DNA of 42,176 bases from a virus. The position numbers and the translations under genes were made by a program. This document shows positions 1 to 7,169 of the stretch, one piece after another (the first letter of the stretch is position 1; the number at the start of each line of letters is the position of its first letter). A model generated the notes under the pieces. The model was not told the origin of the DNA and did not search any database. It worked only from the letters and a program-made list of their open reading frames with translations. The stretch is taken from the IMG/VR virus record IMGVR_UViG_3300042922_000210, positions 1 to 42,176 of that record; one strand, given 5' to 3'.

Positions 1-127
1 GTTCGAAATGTCACCGCTTGTTCAGCGGACACCTCCACATATCTGGCCTCTTTGTAAATAAACCAGTCTTCGAAAGATTCGTCTGTCTCTGCAAATTTCG
101 CCCGGAACCGGCTTCTGCGGTGGTCCA
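1..127. repeat. 127-bp exact terminal direct repeat, identical to 42050..42176 (circular-assembly overlap or short terminal redundancy)
   Basis: Read directly: bases 1-127 (gttcgaaatg...ggtggtcca) are the same as the last 127 bases of the window. Confidence 0.97.
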
Positions 128-749
128 GTTCTTCCACATCGTATATAACGGGTAGTGTCTTTTTGAGCTCTTCGGACGCTTCTTCGGATCCTTCCACGTT
201 TGTTCTCTTCTTCGGCGGCTCTACTTCGGCAGCTGCAAGCTTATCCTTAAGCGCATCTATGGTCTGTGAGGCTTCCGATAGCTCACGGCCTGCTGCGTCA
301 CGCTTGTTGGCATTGTCCTCTGCCAGTTCCTTCGCTTCAAACAGTTCCTTGCGCAGCCCGGAGATAATCGCGTCACGGTCCTCAATCTGCTGAGATAGTT
401 CAGATAGTTCGCTGTTCGTGATAACTGCTGTTTCTTCCGCCTGCACTTGTGCATCAGTTAAAGCGTCCATCAGGGCATACGTTTTGGCGAATACTTTTTC
501 GCGGATCACGTTATAAGATAGTTTGTTTTTGCAGAATGGTTCAAAGGCTGTCCCGAACAGTTCTGCTTCCTCATTTGCCTTTACAATCTCTGGGGGCAGT
601 TCTGGCTTGTCCATCTCAGCCGTCAATTCCGCAATCTTCGCTTCCAGTCCCTCTACCTTGGCCGCATCCTTCAATCCGCCGCGCTGATTTTCCATGTTCA
701 ACTCATACTGTAGCTGCTCAATTTGATCTTGCAATTCCGATATTTCCAC
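1..749 (-). CDS. coiled-coil acidic protein, N-terminal part; gene wraps over the window junction and continues at 42049..41803 (331 aa in total)
   Basis: Minus frame open from GTG at 749 (RBS AAAGAGGGG, 5-nt spacer) to the window edge. The frame is continuous through the repeat with ORF 41803..42087. Begins VEISELQDQIEQLQYELNMENQ. Absent from the ORF track because it runs off the edge. Confidence 0.7.
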   Translation of the reverse strand, partial: MEISELQDQIEQLQYELNMENQRGGLKDAAKVEGLEAKIAELTAEMDKPELPPEIVKANEEAELFGTAFEPFCKNKLSYNVIREKVFAKTYALMDALTDAQVQAEETAVITNSELSELSQQIEDRDAIISGLRKELFEAKELAEDNANKRDAAGRELSEASQTIDALKDKLAAAEVEPPKKRTNVEGSEEASEELKKTLPVIYDVEELDHRRSRFRAKFAETDESFEDWFIYKEARYVEVSAEQAVTFR

Positions 750-790
750 GAATACCCCTCTTTTCGCTCATATTATTGATTATTACCTAT

Positions 791-796
791 ATTATA
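791..796 (-). promoter_or_regulatory. candidate -10 box (TATAAT on minus strand) upstream of the junction-spanning gene
   Basis: Perfect TATAAT in the 108-bp gap between 858 and 749; no good -35. Confidence 0.3.
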
Positions 797-857
797 CACT
801 ATTTCCCGGCGTTATTGTACTAATATCTTTCGTTTTCTCACGTTTTCATAGATTTAA

Positions 858-1055
858 TCATGCCGTTTTGCGATTGATCAATCTCTTTTCTGCGAATTTG
901 TAACTGTCTGTTTTAAAGCCTATAGGAGGCTCGTACAGCGCCCTAAGGTTCCGCTGATGTATTTGCTTGTCCAGTGTTATCAACGCTCCTCCACGGGTCC
1001 CATATTCGCTTACCAACTCGTATGTTTCTCCAAGATTGATCCATGCTGCTCTCAT
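858..1055 (-). CDS. hypothetical protein (65 aa)
   Basis: ORF-track frame. ATG at 1055 follows GAGGAG (8-nt spacer) and overlaps the rusA stop as ATGA. Confidence 0.6.
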   Translation of the reverse strand: MRAAWINLGETYELVSEYGTRGGALITLDKQIHQRNLRALYEPPIGFKTDSYKFAEKRLINRKTA

Positions 1056-1456
1056 GCGATCCACTCCTCAATTTGGATTACGATTCGCGCTTCGTCTGCA
1101 TAGTACTTGTTTGTGTGTAGCCCCACGACTTGGTTGTCATCCATGTATGCAATCTTGTTGAGAGAGTCCATGATTCCTTTAGCGGCGTTGTCGATGTCCG
1201 GCTTGACCACTGGACGTAGCCTGCCTTCCTGGATGAGCTGCTTCTTGGCTTTGGTAAATGAGGTAGGGATCTGATAATAAAAGTCCACTGTGACGATGAT
1301 AGGCTGTTCTAGCGGTGTCTTGATGTGCTTGCGTGCTTCATACCCTAGCAGTTTCTTATAGTCCAGATACCTTTGTGCTGCCGGGTCCTTCCACTTTCCC
1401 TTTTGCGTCATTCGTACGCTTCCCATTGGCTTTACTTTTATCTCGAACTGTACCAC
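1052..1456 (-). CDS. rusA: RusA-family crossover junction endodeoxyribonuclease (Holliday junction resolvase)
   Basis: VQFEIKVKPMGSVRMTQKGKW...VVKPDIDNAAKGIMDSLNKIAYMDDNQV matches the RusA pattern. GTG at 1456 follows GGGAGG. Confidence 0.8.
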   Translation of the reverse strand: MVQFEIKVKPMGSVRMTQKGKWKDPAAQRYLDYKKLLGYEARKHIKTPLEQPIIVTVDFYYQIPTSFTKAKKQLIQEGRLRPVVKPDIDNAAKGIMDSLNKIAYMDDNQVVGLHTNKYYADEARIVIQIEEWIA

Positions 1457-1691
1457 GCTTGGCACCTCCCTGCTGGCGTGTTGGCGGCGTTGCTATACTG
1501 CTATAGCTGCCGTATGGCCGGGTGGGTGGTCCGTACTTGGCAATCACTTCAGCCACCAGTTCCGTAAGCCATCTATAGGCGTTGTTCCGGATCTTTGCTT
1601 GATACCGATTAGATTCCATACGATTCATGGACCAGGTCTTCGTCAGGGCCTTATCAATGGACTCAATTTCTTCATCCGATAGTTTAGTCAT
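1356..1691 (-). CDS. hypothetical protein (111 aa), low-complexity C-terminus overlapping rusA
   Basis: ATG at 1691 after GGGGAGGAAG. The frame has no stop until 1356, giving a 101-nt overlap with rusA. Confidence 0.55.
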   Translation of the reverse strand: MTKLSDEEIESIDKALTKTWSMNRMESNRYQAKIRNNAYRWLTELVAEVIAKYGPPTRPYGSYSSIATPPTRQQGGAKRGTVRDKSKANGKRTNDAKGKVEGPGSTKVSGL

Positions 1692-1707
1692 GGTCTGTCT
1701 TCCTCCC

Positions 1708-1857
1708 CTACCAATGTTTTCTAAACTCTGATCCTTTGTGCTTTCCACATTTGGTGCAGATGTTATAGATTCGATCACCACTAAGATTCTGGAACTTTGT
1801 TTGTTTGATATGCGGCTGATAGTCGTGTTTGCAAAATAGTTGTTTAAGCCAGTTCAT
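1708..1857 (-). CDS. small Cys-containing protein (49 aa, CKHD...CTKCGKH), not in ORF track
   Basis: My translation: MNWLKQLFCKHDYQPHIKQTKFQNLSGDRIYNICTKCGKHKGSEFRKHW. Weak RBS AAAGGAAC. Confidence 0.45.
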   Translation of the reverse strand: MNWLKQLFCKHDYQPHIKQTKFQNLSGDRIYNICTKCGKHKGSEFRKHW

Positions 1858-1882
1858 GGGTTGTTCCTTTCTTTATGGGGAG

Positions 1883-1956
1883 CCAGATAAGCCATAAACC
1901 CTTATCCGGCCCCCGTTATCACTGGGATTATTCGGTCTGACTCGATGGCCTCCGGC
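1883..1956 (-). repeat. conserved intergenic element, copy A (50-nt core 1907..1956 plus 9-bp hairpin 1883..1909)
   Basis: Minus strand GCCGGAGGCCATCGAGTCAGACCGAATAATCCCAGTGATAACGGGGGCCG starts right after the stop at 1957. The CCGGATAAG/CTTATCTGG hairpin has a G-U pair valid only on the minus-strand RNA. Confidence 0.6.
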
Positions 1957-2244
1957 CTAATCCTTCATATGGTCCTTTATCCGTGCTTTTGGCAGACGCA
2001 TTACGGCGAATGCTCCAAAGTCCGTGAGTGCTCCCTCGCCTTCTATCGCATCTTCAGGAATCCATATCTCACATTTGATACGGTAATACCCCTTGTGCTT
2101 TCCTGACTTGCTAGGTGCGTGCGTTGACATGTTTCCTACGAATGGCGCCAATACCATCATGCTGTCTTCGTTAACTTTCTTAATTTCATCCATTGCCGTT
2201 CCTACTGTTTCCTTGGTGACACCAAAGATGACCGCTTTGCTCAT
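1957..2244 (-). CDS. hypothetical protein (95 aa)
   Basis: ORF track; packed against neighbours on the same strand. Confidence 0.65.
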   Translation of the reverse strand: MSKAVIFGVTKETVGTAMDEIKKVNEDSMMVLAPFVGNMSTHAPSKSGKHKGYYRIKCEIWIPEDAIEGEGALTDFGAFAVMRLPKARIKDHMKD

Positions 2245-2444
2245 ATCCTCTTCTCCCCCTCAACTTCCTTCTGAGTCATTTTCCTTCCAAACCTCCGATA
2301 TGCACCCAACATTGCCGCCATACACCCTTTGTGACCACCATAGAACTTTGTTGTTTTATAATCTCCTGTATGCTCAAGCGTGCAGCTGTACATTTTATTG
2401 AAGTCCATCTCTTCTTCGCAATAATCACATTTGCACTCGTTCAC
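2241..2444 (-). CDS. hypothetical Cys-rich protein (67 aa)
   Basis: GTG start 7 nt after GGGGGAG; CxCxxC near the N-terminus. Confidence 0.6.
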   Translation of the reverse strand: MNECKCDYCEEEMDFNKMYSCTLEHTGDYKTTKFYGGHKGCMAAMLGAYRRFGRKMTQKEVEGEKRI

Positions 2445-2458
2445 TCCTCTTCTCCCCC

Positions 2459-2611
2459 TTATACCTCTTCGTAGAGTTTTAATTCATGAAAGATTCCAGT
2501 CTCTTCGATTGCTTCTTTCAGATCCTGCACGGCTTCCATGTAGCAGTCAGGTATGTTTGGATATTCGACCATGATCTTTCCGTTTAGAAATAATCCAATT
2601 TTCTTTGCCAT
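2459..2611 (-). CDS. hypothetical protein (50 aa)
   Basis: ATG at 2611 after AAGGGAGAGGA. The ORF-track start at 2680 has no RBS. Confidence 0.5.
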   Translation of the reverse strand: MAKKIGLFLNGKIMVEYPNIPDCYMEAVQDLKEAIEETGIFHELKLYEEV

Positions 2612-2643
2612 CGTGTATCCTCTCCCTTTGGGGTAAATTAGCG

Positions 2644-2684
2644 TAACAACCAAATTCCTTAATTTCCGGTAATTTAACAACCAA
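2644..2684. repeat. two direct TAACAACCAA repeats 31 bp apart flanking AATTtCCGGtAATT
   Basis: Copies at 2644-2653 and 2675-2684 inside a 168-bp intergenic gap. Confidence 0.5.
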
Positions 2685-2702
2685 GCAGTTGTCTCTGCCC
2701 CC

Positions 2703-2780
2703 TTATAAGTTAAGTACCAGACCTTATACGGCCTCCGCTACGCTTAGCTGATTCAGTCGATATGGAGGCCTGACGGCCGT
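2703..2780 (-). repeat. degenerate copy D of the conserved element (GGCCTCC/GGAGGCC 7-bp hairpin plus TATAAG/CTTATA hairpin)
   Basis: Shares the ccttata-cggcc-ccg and tcagtcgat-atgg blocks with copy A; starts at the stop codon at 2780. Confidence 0.4.
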
Positions 2781-3166
2781 TATAAGTTCAGTGCTGCTAT
2801 TAGTGCAACCTTGCAAATTGCATCAGGCGTTGTTTTGCACATAACCTCTTCAAATGCAAGTCCACTGGCTGTTGATGGGTATACAATAGTGTAGCCTGAT
2901 TGATGTACGTATATATTTAGGTTGAATCCAAGGATCCTCATCTTTTCTACAACTATCCATGCTGCATCAATGTATTTTGAAGGCTGCCATTCATCTGGAT
3001 AATGAACATTTTCATATTTGATTCCTTCACGGTAATAAAACTCATGATATGATTGGTCCCATATATATTCCTTCTTGATTTCGTATCCCATAACATGAAC
3101 AGATACCCATTGATCTAATTGAATTCCTGGCGGCTCATTTAGTATCTCTTTCCTTGTGAGTGTCAT
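2780..3166 (-). CDS. phage ABA-sandwich (DUF2591-like) domain protein (128 aa)
   Basis: LDQWVSVHVMGYE...WQPSKYIDAAWIVVEKM...TPDAICKVALIAAL matches the family pattern from memory. TAATG start/stop overlap at 3166 after TGGGAGGAAG. Confidence 0.55.
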   Translation of the reverse strand: MTLTRKEILNEPPGIQLDQWVSVHVMGYEIKKEYIWDQSYHEFYYREGIKYENVHYPDEWQPSKYIDAAWIVVEKMRILGFNLNIYVHQSGYTIVYPSTASGLAFEEVMCKTTPDAICKVALIAALNL

Positions 3167-3381
3167 TAGGCTTCCTCCCAATCTTTAGGGTAGTTGAAAT
3201 AAGCATAATGACTTACTGTGCGTTGGAAGTATATGGTTGATTCCTCATATCCTTCATGAAAAAACCATCCATGATCCGCATCAAATTTAGCTTGGTGTGT
3301 TAATCCATTAGCCAGGATAAGGTATGTTTTACCTTCAAGCTCTTCGCTTTCATACATATTGAACTTAATCCAGTCAATCAT
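3166..3381 (-). CDS. hypothetical protein (71 aa)
   Basis: ORF track; ATG after AAGGGAGGA. Confidence 0.65.
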   Translation of the reverse strand: MIDWIKFNMYESEELEGKTYLILANGLTHQAKFDADHGWFFHEGYEESTIYFQRTVSHYAYFNYPKDWEEA

Positions 3382-3400
3382 CGTTATATCCTCCCTTAGT

Positions 3401-3490
3401 GGGAGAGGAGGGTTACTCCTACTCCCTTAATGATCTGTTTCGGCCCCCGGATACGCCTGGGTTTATGCTGTCGGACGATGTCCTTCGGCC
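3401..3490 (-). repeat. conserved intergenic element, copy C (core 3441..3490 plus bulged hairpin 3401..3426)
   Basis: Minus strand GGCCGAAGGACATCGTCCGACAGCATAAACCCAGGCGTATCCGGGGGCCG, 13 nt after the stop at 3504. Confidence 0.55.
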
Positions 3491-3503
3491 AATTGCATCA
3501 GGC

Positions 3504-3677
3504 TTAAATTTTTTCCAACTCGCTGTGGTAAAAGAAAAATCCAGGATGTTCTATCAAATTGTATGTGTACCGAGTAATACCCCTGCCCATTCTAGTAAGC
3601 GACCATTCGTTTATCGTGACGGTTTCTCCCGTTTTCTTTAACCGGACCTTTTCCCCATCTTCAAAGTGTTCTGACAT
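3504..3677 (-). CDS. hypothetical protein (57 aa), not in ORF track
   Basis: My translation: MSEHFEDGEKVRLKKTGETVTINEWSLTRMGRGITRYTYNLIEHPGFFFYHSELEKI. RBS AGGGGG. Confidence 0.5.
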   Translation of the reverse strand: MSEHFEDGEKVRLKKTGETVTINEWSLTRMGRGITRYTYNLIEHPGFFFYHSELEKI

Positions 3678-3876
3678 TTGTATCTACCCCCTGATTTGCG
3701 CGTACTCTCGCAATCTTTTGTTTGCAGCCAACCCTACGCCATCCGAGAATATCACCGTAATACCCTTCAATATGTGTCTTGGTTCGACCATACTTATCTG
3801 TAGGATCACCATAATCTCTGTAAGGACGTCCATCTATTAATACCTCTATGCAAATATCATCAATGGTCAATTGCAT
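3661..3876 (-). CDS. hypothetical protein (71 aa)
   Basis: ATG at 3876, 7 nt after GGAAGGAG. Confidence 0.5.
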   Translation of the reverse strand: MQLTIDDICIEVLIDGRPYRDYGDPTDKYGRTKTHIEGYYGDILGWRRVGCKQKIARVRANQGVDTNVRTL

Positions 3877-3905
3877 ACTCAGGCTCCTTCCTGCACCATA
3901 TGCGT

Positions 3906-4277
3906 CTACCGCTTACTACTAAGCGTGATATATGCCGCCTCTGCCCTCTCCCTGGGGCTGGCGAGGTGTAAATCTGCGGCTCCGATAAGAGATAACTCCG
4001 TCATTTCCGCAGCGTCTTGTCTAACCCATCTGACTGCAGCTAGGTTACGCATGTACTTTTCGGCATCTTTTACTATGGCTGCTGTTTGTACCTCTAGAGA
4101 GGCAGCAGGATCAGTGCTAGGGCTGAAAAACCTCAATCCGTTGAGTCCTTTAGCGTCTACATATCTCACTACAAGTTCATGGCTGAGACTAAATTCTTCG
4201 GCGTATATTTCGTATCCGCATAATTTAGCAAGTGCCACATCAATCTGTTTGTTGCTCCATTCCTGTACCTGTGTCAT
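3906..4277 (-). CDS. hypothetical protein (123 aa), possibly a second ABA-sandwich-like paralog
   Basis: ORF track; ALAKLCGYE...SPSTDPAASLEV resembles 2780..3166 loosely. Confidence 0.55.
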   Translation of the reverse strand: MTQVQEWSNKQIDVALAKLCGYEIYAEEFSLSHELVVRYVDAKGLNGLRFFSPSTDPAASLEVQTAAIVKDAEKYMRNLAAVRWVRQDAAEMTELSLIGAADLHLASPRERAEAAYITLSSKR

Positions 4278-4450
4278 TGGGCGTCCCTCCGAATCTCGGC
4301 CAGCGAATGGAACGTCTGCCGCTTGATGTCCTCCAGTAGCTCAAATATCTGATGTGGCGTCTTGCCCTTCTCAGCCATATTTGCCATTGCCGCCACGATT
4401 AACTGATGGTCAAGATTATTTAAATCAAGGCTCTGCTTCTCCTGTGTCAT
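4274..4450 (-). CDS. hypothetical protein (58 aa), not in ORF track
   Basis: ATGA overlaps at both ends (4450 and 4277). Translation MTQEKQSLDLNNLDHQLIVAAMANMAEKGKTPHQIFELLEDIKRQTFHSLAEIRRDAQ. Confidence 0.55.
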   Translation of the reverse strand: MTQEKQSLDLNNLDHQLIVAAMANMAEKGKTPHQIFELLEDIKRQTFHSLAEIRRDAQ

Positions 4451-5031
4451 GGCTGTATCTCCCCTAGAGCAGCTCGGGCTACCGATCTGAAATACTTGCC
4501 TGTGGTTGGAGCAGGCCTGTGTGCGATATCATCCAGCGCCTCCCGTTGCCGGGCTATGGTCTGCCTTGCTTCAAATAGCTCCAAGCCCTTCTCTTTTGAG
4601 ATATTGTCTGCTGCCTTCTGTGCACTTTCTCTGCTTAATTCCAGTTTCTCTATATATAATCGCTTCCGGGCTATGGTCTGTTGTGCCTCAATCAGTTCTT
4701 TTGTGTCCTCGTCAAATAGATTTTTTAGCCTTTCTATCTCCTGTTGTGACTCACGGTGCGCCCTGGCTAGTACACTGTGTTTATTAAGGAGCGAATCGTA
4801 CTCACCGCGACTTACGCAGAAACCTTGAAGCCCTTCATATGCCGCATACGCCAGTTCTGCTTGTTGTTGTGCCTCTTCTAGAGCAGCCAGCGCCCTGTTC
4901 AAGTCTCTGCTTTCTCCGCCTAAGTAGCTGCACATGCTGTCGAACACGGACATGATGCCCATTGAAGCGCCTTGATGTTCTAATTCAGTTCTGAACATTA
5001 TGCATGTTGATTTTAGAGTTTCTGGTGTCAT
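4447..5031 (-). CDS. coiled-coil protein (194 aa)
   Basis: ORF track; repeated EAQQ..IAR.. heptad-like segments. Confidence 0.7.
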   Translation of the reverse strand: MTPETLKSTCIMFRTELEHQGASMGIMSVFDSMCSYLGGESRDLNRALAALEEAQQQAELAYAAYEGLQGFCVSRGEYDSLLNKHSVLARAHRESQQEIERLKNLFDEDTKELIEAQQTIARKRLYIEKLELSRESAQKAADNISKEKGLELFEARQTIARQREALDDIAHRPAPTTGKYFRSVARAALGEIQP

Positions 5032-5034
5032 GGT

Positions 5035-5304
5035 TTACTCTCCTTCGTTGTTAGAGGATGTCAAAGCAGCTCTTGCGATTCCCCCGCCATCAAGCATTAC
5101 TTTGGTTGGTTCCACATTACGGTATTCGTTCAATTTCCAATCGTGGTTTTTCTCGTCTGCGTAGAAAGATAGGGCTTTGTCCTTTTCTTCTAGGAGAGAA
5201 ATTAGGTAGGAAACATCGTTGTAATATTCATCTGCTTGAACGTACTGGTCTCGCAAGTTTTTCATTTCTTTGTGCGCTTCTTTGATCTCTGTTAGTTTAT
5301 TCAT
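5035..5304 (-). CDS. hypothetical protein (89 aa)
   Basis: ATG at 5304 overlaps the upstream stop (ATGAATAA). The longer track start is R/K-rich read-through of the conserved element. Confidence 0.65.
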   Translation of the reverse strand: MNKLTEIKEAHKEMKNLRDQYVQADEYYNDVSYLISLLEEKDKALSFYADEKNHDWKLNEYRNVEPTKVMLDGGGIARAALTSSNNEGE

Positions 5305-5584
5305 AGGAACCCCCGGTACGGCCCCCGGCTTGCGCCTGGGTGATTTCGGACGACTCGATGTCCTCCGGCAAAACCTCTTTCTTCGCCCATTGTGCGAACC
5401 AGCCAAAACCAACTACTTTTGATAGTCCCGTTTCAACCCCACCAATCAAAACGTTATACTTTACTCCTTTTGGATATATGCATCCGTATCCATCGTGCAT
5501 ATTTCTTGATATCGCTACAATTTTTCTAATCTGTCCCTTTCCATTGCTGTATAACTTTCCTACTTGAATGTCTGATCCTTTCAT
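5297..5584 (-). CDS. hypothetical protein (95 aa)
   Basis: ATG at 5584 after GAGAGGGTG. The last ~24 codons coincide with element copy G. Confidence 0.6.
   Translation of the reverse strand: MKGSDIQVGKLYSNGKGQIRKIVAISRNMHDGYGCIYPKGVKYNVLIGGVETGLSKVVGFGWFAQWAKKEVLPEDIESSEITQAQAGGRTGGSYE
5319..5369 (-). repeat. conserved element, copy G (inside the 3' end of CDS 5297..5584)
   Basis: Minus strand GCCGGAGGACATCGAGTCGTCCGAAATCACCCAGGCGCAAGCCGGGGGCCG. The first 18 nt differ from copy A at a single position. Confidence 0.55.
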
Positions 5585-5650
5585 TCCCTTCACCCTCTCA
5601 CCTTCTGTGTGCCCCGTAAAGCGCTTGATCGATCATACCTTCCCAGACCA

Positions 5651-6496
5651 TCAATCAACGAACACCGTGTCCTCTGTGACCTGCTCATTGCTTGTGATCG
5701 TGATTGTGGATGCTTCTCCCGGCTCTAAAACGATACTTGCTACGGAATATCCTTTGGTGATATTAAAATCACTGACGAATCCTTTCTTATACACCAGATG
5801 GTCTCCTGTCCATTCCCATTCATTATTGAACTGTGGATACTGCCTGCTCTCATATTTCACTTTCGAAGGAGCGACCGTCTTCAGCAGCGCCTTGCGTCCC
5901 ACATAGTCAATCTCCCGATATACTGGATGTGCTGCTGTAAATTCAGCGTACAATTCTGGTAAAACTTCTTTGAGGTGTGCTAGGAATAATGGAACTTCTT
6001 TCTTCTGATACTGGTCGATAGTTCCCCCCATTAATGCCTGCGGCTGGAACGTGCACAATCTGTGGATTAGATTAACATTGAATAATTTCATTGGTATGAA
6101 TGCATTTTTATCATTGAAAAATCCGGGGTTTGAAATGGATACATTTTCTTCCTCGACCTTGATCGAAATAAATGGGTACGGATAGACGACATAATCTCCA
6201 ATAACCCCTAATTTCCTTGGCGGTGATTTAAGCTTCCCGTACATTTCATGATTTTCCCATTGGCTCCGAAACTCTCCGTATTTTTTCGCTCGACTGGTGT
6301 ATCCCGTGACAGAATTCTCTCTGCCAAACTTGCAACTTCCACCAAATGGTGCACGAACAGTCAAACAAGTTCCGGATTTATAGTAAGAGCACTCTTCGTG
6401 TTTATCACAATTGATTATGCTGGCTTCCAACGGAGTCTCTTTCCCGCCAAATAGCCCCTTGCCGCCATATAGTCCTACATGAATTGTCTCGCTCAT
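5651..6496 (-). CDS. hypothetical protein (281 aa) with N-terminal Cys cluster
   Basis: ORF track; RBS AAGGGAGGAAACAGGG. CDKHEECSYYKSGTC...GGSCKFG; no family recognised. Confidence 0.75.
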   Translation of the reverse strand: MSETIHVGLYGGKGLFGGKETPLEASIINCDKHEECSYYKSGTCLTVRAPFGGSCKFGRENSVTGYTSRAKKYGEFRSQWENHEMYGKLKSPPRKLGVIGDYVVYPYPFISIKVEEENVSISNPGFFNDKNAFIPMKLFNVNLIHRLCTFQPQALMGGTIDQYQKKEVPLFLAHLKEVLPELYAEFTAAHPVYREIDYVGRKALLKTVAPSKVKYESRQYPQFNNEWEWTGDHLVYKKGFVSDFNITKGYSVASIVLEPGEASTITITSNEQVTEDTVFVD

Positions 6497-6513
6497 CCCT
6501 GTTTCCTCCCTTG

Positions 6514-6648
6514 TTATGCTGCCTCAGCCTGATCACGTTCCCATTCATCCACCACACTGGTGTCCATCCCGAAGGATTCTAGGCCCTTGCGCCACCATAA
6601 GGCGAAGTCTTGGTCGTATAGGTCGTAGTCGTCTATGGGTTGTTTCAT
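6514..6648 (-). CDS. small acidic protein (44 aa), not in ORF track
   Basis: My translation: MKQPIDDYDLYDQDFALWWRKGLESFGMDTSVVDEWERDQAEAA. Fills the 6497-6650 gap; weak RBS. Confidence 0.4.
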   Translation of the reverse strand: MKQPIDDYDLYDQDFALWWRKGLESFGMDTSVVDEWERDQAEAA

Positions 6649-6650
6649 GA

Positions 6651-6947
6651 TCAATATTCACCACGATTAATTTCATAATCAAAACCATGTTCTCTGTTAA
6701 TTGTCTTGACGTATGATTCTAATTCATCCAACGCAGCTGACATTTCATTTTTCGTTGATATCAAATCGAAGTTAACTTTTGTACCATTTTTTGTTGGTCT
6801 TAACCATCTTGTAGGACGAAGATTTTGTTTTATGAGGTCAATCCAACAGGAAACCTTGCCGCCAGCATAATCTTTTTCACTTAGTTCCTTTTTCATAGCA
6901 GGGTAATTCATTGTTCCACCAAATACTGAAATTTTAATATTGCTCAC
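6651..6947 (-). CDS. hypothetical protein (98 aa)
   Basis: ORF track; GTG after GAGAGGATGG. Confidence 0.7.
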   Translation of the reverse strand: MSNIKISVFGGTMNYPAMKKELSEKDYAGGKVSCWIDLIKQNLRPTRWLRPTKNGTKVNFDLISTKNEMSAALDELESYVKTINREHGFDYEINRGEY

Positions 6948-6987
6948 TGTTCATCCATCCTCTCTTATTTAAGCCGGCTCACTCTTG

Positions 6988-7158
6988 CTATGCGCCTTTT
7001 TTCAGCCACCTTGCAGCCTTGTATTCTTCTATTCCTTCCTCAATCTCTTCTCGCTCAATTTCCGGGAATATTGGTTCCAACTGCTGTACTCTCGGCAATA
7101 GGTGGTCAGGCAATCCGTACTTTTTCAGGTATTCGTATACATCCCATCTGCTTTGCAT
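6988..7158 (-). CDS. hypothetical protein (56 aa), not in ORF track
   Basis: ATG 6 nt after GGAGGG. Translation MQSRWDVYEYLKKYGLPDHLLPRVQQLEPIFPEIEREEIEEGIEEYKAARWLKKGA. Confidence 0.5.
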   Translation of the reverse strand: MQSRWDVYEYLKKYGLPDHLLPRVQQLEPIFPEIEREEIEEGIEEYKAARWLKKGA

Positions 7159-7169
7159 GTTCATCCCTC

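Noticed and set aside
1907-1956. Conserved element as a self-cleaving ribozyme (hammerhead or twister)
   Set aside because: No CUGAUGA core accompanies the GAAAC-like segments, and the twister resemblance is limited to G/C runs. No consistent stems are shared by all copies.
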